From Squalus acanthias (lineage: Eukaryota), in NCBI GenBank assembly GCA_030390025.1, contig CM059433.1, forward strand, positions 74,834,001 through 74,898,000: a stretch of DNA of 64,000 nt, in the 5' to 3' direction. The notes below the pieces were generated by a model. It worked only from the letters and a program-made list of their open reading frames with translations. It was not told the origin of the DNA and searched no databases. How positions within the stretch are numbered: position 1 is the stretch's first letter; every line of letters begins with the position of its first letter. Shown here one piece after another: positions 50,535-60,923 of this stretch. The position numbers were made by a program, and so were the translations under genes.

Positions 50535-50970
50535 GGCAACACGGTGGCATAGTGGTTAGCACTGGTGCCTCACAGCACCAGAGACCCGGGTTCGAATCTG
50601 ACCTCGGGTGACTGTCTGTGTGGAGTTTGCACATTCTCCCCGTGTCTGCGTGGGTTTCCTCCGGGTGCTCCGGTTTCCTCCCACAGTCCAAAAATGTGCG
50701 GGTTAGGTTGATTTGGCTATGATAAATTGACCCTTAGTGTTAGGGGGGGATTAAATATGTGGGGTTATGGGGATAGGATGGGATATGTTAGGGGGAATTA
50801 AATACGTGGGGTTACGGGGCTAGGGTGGAACATGTGTACTGTGGGGATTAAAGCAGGGACAGGGTACTGGATTTGGATGATCAGCCATGATCGTATTGAA
50901 TGGTGGAGCAGGCTCGACGGGCCGAATGGCCTACTCCTGCTCCTAGATTCTATGTTTCTATGTTTCTATG
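50535..50970 (+). mobile_element. tRNA-derived V-SINE (HE1-like) with CR1-derived tail
   Basis: A box (tggcatagtgg) and B box (ggttcgaatc), V-domain gtggagtttgcacattctccccgtgtctgcgtgggtttcctccgg, tail nearly identical to the CR1 3' end at 30403-30485. Confidence 0.9.
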
Positions 50971-51559
50971 GATGATCCTTCTCAGCCTCACCATCATCAT
51001 GATGTCCCCGCCATCATTGATGCCAGTATCCAGCCAATTCGATTCACTCCACATGACATCAAGAAACGGCTGAGTGCACTGGACACAGCAAAGGCTACAG
51101 ACCCCAACAACATCCCAGTTGTAGTGCTGAAGATTTGTGCTCTAGAACTAGCCATGCCGCCAGAAAAGCGGTTCCAGTACAGCTACAACATTGGCATCTA
51201 CCTGACAATGTGGAAAATGTAGCTCACCTCCTGACTCCCCAAAGCCTCTCAATCAGCTACAAGGCAGAAGTCAGGAGTTTATTGGATTGGTGCAGCGGCA
51301 ATAACATGAAGAAGCTCAACACTATCCAGGACAAAGCAATCCGCTTGATCAGCACTCCATCCACCAGCTTAAATATCCACTCACTCCACCGAAGATGCAG
51401 TGTTTACTATCTACAGAATGCACTGCAGCAAGTTGCCAAGACTTCTTTGCCAGCACCTGGCAAGCCCACGATCTCTACCACCAATAAGTTTAAGAGCAGC
51501 AGGTGCGTGGGAAGACCATCACCTCCAAGTCTTACACCAGCCTGACTTAGAATTATACA

Positions 51560-54500
51560 ATCATAGAAATTTACAGCACAGAAGGAGGCCATTTAACCCA
51601 TCGCCGTGATTTTGTCGGCACTCAACAGACCCGATTGGTGGCGGGTCAGCTGTGAAATTTAAAATGATTGATAGCGGGTCAGGAACCCGCTGTTAAAACG
51701 CGCGCACCTGCATTTCCTGATGTCGGGTCTGCCAGCGCTAAGCAGACCCGATAGGCAGCGGCGGGGGGCCCAATTCAAATCATTAATGGCTTGTTTACAG
51801 CCACTTAACAATGCTTTTTTTCCCAGCATTTTGAATTTGACAGGTCGCTCACCGGTTTCCCGCTGTGCCTAGACCTCGTCTGTGAAGCTGAGGCGGGAGG
51901 TCATTGACCATTGAATCAGCTGATGAGTTGACAGCTTCAAATGTCAAGTCAAAGCTCCCAGCTGATTGAGAAATGTTCCCTTAACCACTAACTTCTCTAA
52001 ACTGCATTTCCACTACAGATTCAGGATGCTGCAAGTCTTTACACAAGTCTCCATCCAGTCTGACCTCCCACCATTGACAGATCGCATCTGTATTCTCTAC
52101 TTCACCTGCCATCCATTCCACCAGCATGGGTGCCCTTGAAACTCTCACACCTTGGCCCTCTAAATCCCACCACAATCAGCCCCAACACCAGCATCACCAG
52201 GCACACCAGCAGCACCAACAACCACATCAACCTTCTCCGCAATTACCTGATGCTGCACAGGACACAGGGCATCAACACCCGACCACATTGCTGCCCGGGA
52301 GGCCAAGGATGGCCTCACCATGGCCACATTTACTTCACTTGACGCTTTACACCCTGGTTGCCACATGATGCGCCAGGTTGGCACCACTCCACACCAACAC
52401 CATAAAGCATCCCTACAATGCCCAAGCCATTCCTTTCACACTCATTGCCATTGTGGGGTGTACCGTTATGTCTCACCATTCACTGCAACTCACTAAGACA
52501 CTTCCAAAGGTGCACACAAATCTGTCCAAGAACGCAGAGTGTTGAAAATAAAGATTTCAATGTTTGACACCACATTAACAGAAACTTCACATGAACATTG
52601 GCTAAAGCACACATGTGCCTACCCTTGTGTGTTGTTAGTTGGTATGATTGGACTAGGGTGAGTGTGAGGGGTGGCTAGTGAGATGGGGAAGTGATAATGT
52701 AGATAGAGAGAGAGGGATGGGTGGAGGTGCAAGGTAAGTTGGTGTGAATAAGGATGTGCAGGAGTAGGGTAGGGAAGGCAGAGTGATGGGGATGTGATGA
52801 GTGGCATAGAGGATGAGGTTGAGTGTGGCTTTGCAGTAACGTTTCGTGATCTACTGAGATCATTGAAAGGTTTGTGCCACTGCAGCCTGGTCCTCCTGAT
52901 GACATCTCTGCTTGTGCCCTCCTGTGCAATGTGCAACCAAGCAGCGTTGGTCTCCTGGGGAGGTCTATTCCGCCCAATGGAAGGGAAGAGAACCTCCCGG
53001 TGTGCTGTGACTCCCTCCATAAGCATATGAAGGGTGACATGGGAGAGCCTGGATGCAGACATGCACCTCTGTGCAGTGCTTGTCAGTGTTTGCAGCACCT
53101 CAATGCTGTAGAACACTGACAGCACAAATGTCAAAGTAAATTTGCGCATGGTCCCTTTAAGGAAACCAGTTGATGATGCGTCACCAAATGACGTCATCAG
53201 ATCCGCTTCCTTCAATTGGCCGGGAAACTCACTGGGCGGGCTTAACAAGCCCAATCAGGGGAAAGTCATGTCAGAGACCGGGATGAAGCCAGCAGCGAAG
53301 GCCACAACCTGCCATCGACATAGCCCGCTACGGACCCGCCGAGGCAGGGAGAATCACGGCCATAGTGTCTGTGCCGGCCGAAAAAGAGCTATCCAGCCTA
53401 ATCCCACTTTCCAGCTCTTGGTCCGTAGCCTTGTAGGTTACGGCGCTTCAAGTGCATTTCCAAGTACTTTTTAAATGTGATGAGGGTTTCTGCCTCTACC
53501 AACCTTACAGGCAGTGAGTTCCAGACCCCCACCACCCTCTGTGTGAAAAAGGTTCTCCTCAACTCCCCTCTCATCCTTCTACCAATTACTTTAAATCTAT
53601 GCCCCCTGGTTATTGCCACCACTGCTAGGAGAAATAGGTCCTTCCTATCCACTCTATCTAGGCCCTTCATAATTTTATATACCTCAATCAAGTCTCCCCT
53701 CAGCCTCCTCTGTTCCAAAGAAAACAACCCCTGCCTGTGCAATCTTTCCTTATAGCTAAAATTCGCCAGTCCTGGCAACATCCTCGTAAATCTCCTCTGT
53801 ACCCTCTCTAGTGCAATTAAATCTTTCCTGTAATGTGGTGACCACAACTGAACACAGCACTATAGCTTTGGTCTAACTAGTTTTTTTATACAAGCATAAC
53901 CTCCCTGCTCTTGTATTCTATGCCTCGGCTAATAAAGGAAAGTATCCCGTATGCCTTCTTAACCACCTTATCTACCTGTCCTGCTACCTTCAGGGATCTG
54001 TGGACATGCACTCCAAGGTCCCTTTGTTCCTCTACACTTCTCAGTACCCTACCATTTATTGTATATCCCCTTGCCTTATCAGCCCTCCCCAAATGCATTA
54101 CCTCACACTTCTCCGGATTGAATTCCATTTGCCACTTTTCTGCCCACCGGACCAGTCCATTGATATCTTCCTGCAGTCTACAGCTTTCTTCCTCGCTATC
54201 AACCGCACGGCCAATTTTTGTATCATCTGCAAACTTCTTAATCATGCCCCCTACATTGAAGTCTACATCATTGATATATACCACAAAAAGCAAGGGATCT
54301 AGTACTGAGCCCTGCGGAACCCTACTGGAAACAGCTTTCCAGTCACAAAAACATCCATCGACCATTACCCTTTGCTTCCTGCCACTGAGCCAATTTTGGA
54401 TCCAACTTGCCACTTTCCCTTGGATCCCACTGGCTTTTACTTTTCTGACCAGTCTGCTATGTGGGACCTTGTCAAAAGCCTTGCTAAGATCCATGTAGAT

Positions 54501-54888
54501 GACATCAAATGCACTATCCTCATCAACCATCCTTGCTCCCCCTTCAAAAAATTTAATCAAGTTAGTCAGACACAACCTTCCCTTAACAAATCCATGATGA
54601 CGGTCCTTGATTAATCCATGCCTTTCTAAATGAGGATTTATACTGTCCCTCAGAATTTTTTCCAACAAATTGGCCACCATTGAGGTTAGGCTGACTGGCC
54701 TGTAATTATTCGGTCTGTCTCTTTCTCCCTTTTTAAACAACGGTACAACGTTAGCAGACCTCCAGTACCACACATGTAGCCAGAGAGGATTGAAAAATAA
54801 TGGTCAGAGCCTCCGCTATTTCCTCTCTTGCTTCTCTTAACAGCCTGGGATACATTTCATCCAGGCCTGGCGGTTTATCTACTTTATC
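51560..54888 (-). mobile_element. CR1 LINE (RT half), 3' UTR split by family-M copy 3
   Basis: ORF 53886-54773 with YMDLSKAFDKVPH, PQGSVL and KFADDTK. Tail 51561-51602 rejoins 53362 onward. Confidence 0.9.
51603..53361 (-). mobile_element. Non-autonomous Harbinger derivative with Myb/SANT exon (family M, copy 3)
   Basis: TIRs gccgtgattt / gaatcacggcc, ATC/ATA TSD. Minus-strand RLSHVTLHMLMEGVTAHREVLF...RRTRLQWHKPFNDLSRS. Confidence 0.8.
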
Positions 54889-55493
54889 GACTTGGACATG
54901 TATCGCCGTTCCTTCATTGTCACTGGAATCCTGGAATTCCCTAAAAGCATTGTGGGAGTATTTTCAGCACACGGATTGCAGCAGTTCAAGGCAGCGGTCC
55001 ACTACCACATTCTCAAGGGCAATTAGGGGTGGTTAATAAATCTCAGCCTTGCAAGCAACGCCCACATTCAGAATGATAAAAGAAAATGTAGGAGGTCCTG
55101 AATGTTTCGCGTGTTGAGACCAAGAACATATGCAGCAATTGTCAAACTGCTCGCACACAAAAGGTTTCTGAGCTTGAGGACAATCTGGTAACACTTCATC
55201 ACATTCGAGAGCTTGAAGGGTCCTTCTGGGAGGTGGTCACTCCACAGGCAGAGCAAGTTGGTGAGGAAGTAAAGTGGGTGATCATCCACTGGGATAAGGA
55301 GAGCACAGAGGAGGCAGTGCAGAGATCTCTTGAGAATGTTCCATTGGCAGATATATTTATGACAACAATTTGGAGGATGGAAAGCACCAGCAAAACTACA
55401 GCAATGCTGAAAGTGACAGGCATGAAAGAAAAGTGCCAGATCATCCTCTTGTTCCCCCTCACCCTGGGGGGTCAACAACATTAGACAGCTATT

Positions 55494-56236
55494 GGCCCGA
55501 AAATTAGACCTAATACGCGAGAGTACGCACTGTGTACTCTCGCGTTTTAGGTCTCCAATTGCCGGTTTCCTGCATGCACTGCGCATGCGCGGGAAACCGG
55601 CACTTCGTGAATTCAAAAGGGGGCGGTTCCTAAGTGAACCGCGTGCGCGCTACAGGCTGCGCGCACGCAGTGCACTTAGTGCTTTGAACGCGCAGGTAAG
55701 CATGGAAGATTTTACACATAAAGAAAGGAGGCGTAAGACCCTCTTTTAACAAGGTAAGTAGTTAATTAAGTATTATTTAAAAAAATTTCAACAGGTTTAT
55801 CTTTTTTAGAGACTTTAAAGAAAGGTAAGTTTATTTTTATAACTTTTAAAAAGATTTAAAAAATTTCAAAAATTTAATTTTTTGTTTAAAGTGGTTAATT
55901 TATTTAACTATACTTATTTTATTAATGTGATGGCTTTTTTATTCAATTTAATTGAGGTTTAGCTGTTCTTTTGGGGGTGTGTAGGATTCATAGCTTTGAC
56001 AGCCCTTACTGTTAAAACTATGAATGAAAGATGGTGTGCTGCCATTGGCTCTAACTGAATCACGTGATCCCAGAGCTCGCACGAACTAATTGCGTCTCTG
56101 GGTCACGCAAGCACTGCACAGCTGCAGCCTTGAAACTAAAGTTCGTGTGGGCCCGGAGGAAAAAGGTAGGCGTGGAGTGAGATATCGCGGGGAAGCCTTA
56201 CCCCCGCGTGAACACTCATTGTTTAATTTCTGGGCC
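55494..56236. mobile_element. Harbinger-type MITE, family-D-like
   Basis: TIRs ggcccgaaaatta / taatttctgggcc, ATT TSD, AT-rich core, same hairpin loop as the 42109 element. Confidence 0.75.
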
Positions 56237-56879
56237 ATTGTATTTAATTACAAACAGAAAACAGCTTTCAAATGTATTTCTCTAGTTTTTTTGTCTGGAG
56301 AGCTTTTTCCATCAATACTGAGTGCGAAGGCTAGCTGTCTCAAAGTGCTGAAGATACCCAATGCACCTGGTCTTACTGATGTCTGCTGAGTCTCATAACC
56401 TTACAGAAAATATCACTGGCATAAAAAGCTATGTATTATTTTTTGGTTTAAATGCAATGGGTTTTAGCTTACCATTTCTGTACTACGTTACAAACAGAAA
56501 TGTGTACATTTCAAAAATGTCATTGCAAAACCATCCCAAAGTAAGCAAACATCGCTTTTAGAGTAAACCTTACAGTGTTTAGTTGGGTGAGGAGGAGTTG
56601 TTGATTTCAGCTCACAAATCTGACTTGAATTCACTTGTGGAACTTGATTATTCTGAGGCTGTATTTAGTGCTATCAGCAACAGCCCCTGCATTGTGACAG
56701 CACAGTAAAAGAAATGAAGTGTTCTCCAGAGAATCCACGACTCACCAGAAGAAGTGTCTTTTGTGAAACTTGAGGCAGCGCCAACACTGATGGTAATAGA
56801 ACCATTGCTGTTTGAGGTGGATTTGTGCAGTGCTGGAATTCAGAGTACCGGCCACTGAGACATTTGGGCACAAACCGCA

Positions 56880-58855
56880 CAAAGTACTTGTCTCTCGGGT
56901 TGCCACCAGCAAGTTAAATATACGACTGGAGAGATGGTGTAGGAGAGAAGGATTCAGATTCCTGGGACACTGGGACCAGTTCTACGGGGGGATTGGCCTG
57001 GTACAGGATGGAGGGGCTTCACCTGAACAAGGCTGGGACGAACATCCTTCCTGGGATAATAACTAGTACTGTGGAGGAGAGTGTATATGGCAGGGGGAAG
57101 AGAAAAATATGAGGAAATAGAAAGGAGAGCAAAAGGAACCAGAAGCGTAAGAAAGATTAAAAAAAGAAAAACAGATCAGAATGGGAAAGAGAGTTAAATT
57201 AATAAGGAGGTTTAAGTGTATGTATTTAAATGCACAAAGTACTTTGAATAAATTTGTTGAGCTAGAGGCACAAATTGTTATGGAGTGTATGATATAATTT
57301 GATTAACAGAGACATGGCTGAGGCTAGGGTAGGACCTGAACATTCCTGGATACAAAATATTCAAGAGGGTTAAAGTAGAAAAAAAGGATGGAGCTTGTCA
57401 GTTTGAATTGAAGATACCATTGCAACAGAAGAATACAGAAATAATGTAGAGGTTGGTGTAAAAGCTTAACTTATTTTGTTAAAGTTGCATAATAGGAAGG
57501 GGATTGTTTCTCTATTGGGAACACATTTGGGCTAATGAACAATGGAAAGGAGATAGAGGAAGAAATATGTAAATAAATTAGAGAAAAATGCAAGAACAAT
57601 AAGGCTGACTTTATTTATCCAAAGATAGACTGTGTCTGACAAATTTAATAGAGTTGTTTGAAGAAATAGTGGAGTGTATTTATAAAGAAAATGCCATGGA
57701 TGTTGTGTATAAAGATTTTCCAAAGGCATTTGATAAAGTGCCACACAGGAAGCTTGTTGATAAAATTAAGGTACATGGTATAAAAGGGAGTGTGGCAGCA
57801 TGGACAGGAAGTTGGTTAAAGGACAGAAAACAGAGTAGTTGTTAAAGGATTTTTTTTTAGAGAGATGTAAAAATTGGTATCCCCAAGGATCAGTGTTGGA
57901 ACCATTGCTCTTCTCAGAATACGTAGATCTCAGCTTGGGTATAGGGGCACAATATCAAAATATGCAGATGGTACAAAATAAGAAAGCTTGGTTAATTCTG
58001 AAAAGGACTCCAGGAAAATATAGACAAGTTATCTGGACAAATGAAATTTAAAGTGAAGAAATATGAGGCAATATATTTTGGGAGGAAGAATAAGCAAAGG
58101 ACATATGTACTAAATGGTAAAACTTTAACAGGATGTGTGCTGCAGAGGGACTTAAGGGTTCAGATACACAAATCTTAAAAGTAGGAGGACAAATTGATAA
58201 AACTGGTTATAAAGGCAAATGGAACATTCTAAATATGGGTATGAAGTACAAAATCAAGAGGTAATGTTAAACCTAGATAAATCTTCGGTTATACTGCAGT
58301 TACAATATTGTGTCTAGTTTTCAGCACCCTACTTCGGGATGGATATAAAAGCCATGGAGAGGATGCAGAAGAGATTCACTAAGATGATACCAGGGATAAG
58401 AGGCTTTAGTTATGAGAAAATGGGGTGCTTTTCATTCTAATAAAGAAGATTAAGAGGAGATCTAATAATGGTATTCAAAACTATGGAGAGGCTGTGATGA
58501 AGTAAAGCGAGATAAACTACTTCCACTGATCTGTGTGTCAGTAACCAAAAGGTATGAATTTAAGACCACGACCAAAAGAACGAAGGGAGAGGCTAAAAGT
58601 TTTTCTTTTAAATGCAGGAGATTGCTAGGACATGGAATACTCTACCAGAAACAGTGCTGGAAGCAGAATCCATAACAGCTTTTAAAAGGGAAGTTGATAA
58701 ATATTATTTGAAAAAGTAAAATGCAAAAGGTTATGGGAAAAGTATTGGAGAATTGCACTAAGTGGATAGCTCTTTCAGAAAGTTGGCACAGGCACAATGG
58801 GCTTAATGGCCTCCCTTCTGTGCTGAAAAAATCTATGATTCTTTGATCTATGATT
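56880..58855 (+). mobile_element. Old CR1 with ORF1 (SGNH esterase-like) remnant and internally deleted ORF2
   Basis: KLNIRLERWCRREGFRFLGHWDQF and GLHLNKAGTNIL-like fragments, then CMYLNAQS, VVYKDFPKAFDKVPHRKL and PQGSVLEP. Tail ctatgattc repeats. Confidence 0.8.
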
Positions 58856-59029
58856 CAATTCGCTGCCGTTTTAACAGCATGAGGCATAATTTGCCAGTGA
58901 GCTCAGGAGGTATAAGTGTTTCTATAGTGGACACTGGATTCAGAATTACATAGTATTTACAGCACTGAAACAGGACTGTCGGTCCAACAGGTCCATGCCA
59001 GTGCGAATGCTCCACATGAGCCCATAAGC

Positions 59030-59248
59030 CAATTCTAAATTAACCAAGCTTTCTATTTTTGTGCCATTGGCATATTTTGATATTGTGCCCCTATACCCAA
59101 GCTGAGATCTACATATACTGAGAAGAGCAATGGTTCCAACACTGATTCTTGAGGACACCAATTTTAACATCCCTGCAGTCTGAATAATATCCTTTAACCA
59201 CTACTCTGTTTTCTGTCTTTTAACCAACTTGCTGTCCATGATGCCACA
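59030..59248 (-). repeat. Local inverted duplication of 57791-58000
   Basis: Reverse complement matches, including the idiosyncratic stretch agatctcagcttgggtataggggcacaatatcaaaatatgc. Confidence 0.8.
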
Positions 59249-59252
59249 AAAT

Positions 59253-60108
59253 GGGGGGAATTTTAATCTAAAAAAACGGGTGGGTTGGGGGTGTGTGGGA
59301 AGTTAATGTGTTAAAAATCTGAATCCCGACCTGAACCCGCCTCCAACCCACCTACGTCTGGTTTTAACGAAGGCGGGACGGGGCGGGCAGCCAATCCGCT
59401 GCCAGGAGGCGGGTGATCTATTTAAATATTATAATGAGGCTGGAAGCCTCTGCTTTAACCTCCATTTTGAATTTAACTTTAGCTGGTCGGGTTTTGCACG
59501 CCTCGTGAAACCTGCCAACTAATGCAAGGTGAGGACTGCTGGATTCAGGAGGTAAGTGTCTAGACTGGATCCAGGGTCCCAACCCAACACAACCCCGTGA
59601 TCGGAGACCCCCCCGACGAGGCCTCCCACCCCCCCCCCCCACCCCCCCAGGCCTCCAATCCCCCAAGAGGCCTCCGCACACCCACCTCATGCTCATCCAT
59701 CCCCCTCCCCCGTTCCTCCAGCCGTCGATCCATGCTGACAACACCCACCCCCCCTGCTCCATCGGCCCTCCCCGTGCTTCTCCCAGCCCCCGATCATCAT
59801 CCGACCTCCCCCCCCCGCCCCATGCTGCTCCCAGCCCCCGATCTTTTAGCAAGCCCCGCCCATGCTCCTCCGGCCGCCCCCATGCAATCCCTCCCTCCCT
59901 CCTCTCTGCAGAACTCAGGCCTACCTGCCCAGAGCCAGCCGGCCTCTCAGTCTGGCTGGCTGTGGGTGGGAAACAGAGGCTTCCCATGCAAAGCAGGCCC
60001 TGCTGTTAAATTCAGCAGGGCCTGTGAGAAACCCATTCTCCCGGGTTTCCCAACTGCTTCGGAGCCCCCTGCTCCCAACCCATTCCTTCCCCACTAAAAT
60101 TCAGCCCC
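59253..60108. mobile_element. Harbinger-type MITE with C-rich low-complexity core (family E)
   Basis: TIRs ggggggaatttta / taaaattcagcccc, ATG on both flanks. Confidence 0.7.
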
Positions 60109-60224
60109 ATGTCTTATAGTTGGTGCTTACACAGCTATGGATTTCAATATACTTGGTAGTTCTTGTATTTAGCCTCTTTAACTAAAGTAACAGCAGTCTG
60201 ACAGCATTTTTACATGAACACTCT

Positions 60225-60923
60225 GGGTGGAATTTTCCCAGCCCTGGGGAGGCAGGTATGGAGGCGGGACTGCTCCCAACTCGCCTCCGTGCCATCATCC
60301 CGGGCAGCGGGTCCCCGACTCGCACAGGGACCCGTCTTCTCGAGGCGGGAAGGGTTTGACAGCCAATGAACTGCTTATCCCCATTTTACCCCTGCAAGTG
60401 CGGGCTTCCCGACGACTGTGAATCTCGCCAGGGTCAGTGAGGCGAGCAGTGGGTCTGCGGGGGTGAGAGGGATCGAAATGTCCGCTGTGGAGGTGAGTGA
60501 TGGGTGCAAGTGTGGAGAGGTAAGTATGAGTGGTGAGTGTAAAGTGTTAGAAAAAGTTTTATTACCTTTGTTTCTTCCTGCAGGCTTCAACCCTTGGGGA
60601 TCCGGAGGTGCTTCATCTCAACAGCAGAGATGACAGAATGGCTGCTGCATTCTCAGATGCAGCAGTCATCTGATTTCTGCTGAGGAAAGAGGTTTGGTGA
60701 GCCTTCAGTACAAGGGCTCACCTTAGAACAGAGATTGTCAGTGTTTGACAGCGTCTCAAAGTTGTCAAACGCTGACGTCCTCTGTCACCGGCTTTCCCTT
60801 AATTGGCCGGCTAAGCCCGCAGGGAAAATAGCGTGGGTTGGCCAGATGTCGTTGGGGGCGGGACTAAAACCCAAAAACCAGCAGTCCCGCCCCCAAAGTG
60901 CCCCCATTGACAAAATCCAGCCC
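60225..60923. mobile_element. Harbinger-type MITE (family B)
   Basis: TIRs gggtggaatttt / aaaatccagccc, TCT TSD. Shares internal blocks with 25976-26827. Confidence 0.75.

Larger units (their letters stand above)
49430..55085 (+). mobile_element. Decayed non-LTR retrotransposon of a distinct CR1/L2-group family, host of nested insertions
   Basis: DIVILTES, EHHLEEALKIARIQKVLWVGDFNVHHQ (APE endonuclease), LDTAKATDPNNIP. Pieces at 49430-50534, 50971-51560 and 54889-55085 (3' end ...ctcaagggcaattagggg...aataaa). Confidence 0.75.

Noticed and set aside
50535-50610. tRNA gene
   Set aside because: It is the tRNA-derived head of a SINE, continuous with the V-domain and a LINE tail.
59253-60923. CpG-island promoter or LAMA2 exon 1
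   Set aside because: The GC-rich patches are bounded by TIRs and TSDs and no signal-peptide exon was found. Exon 1 probably lies beyond the window.
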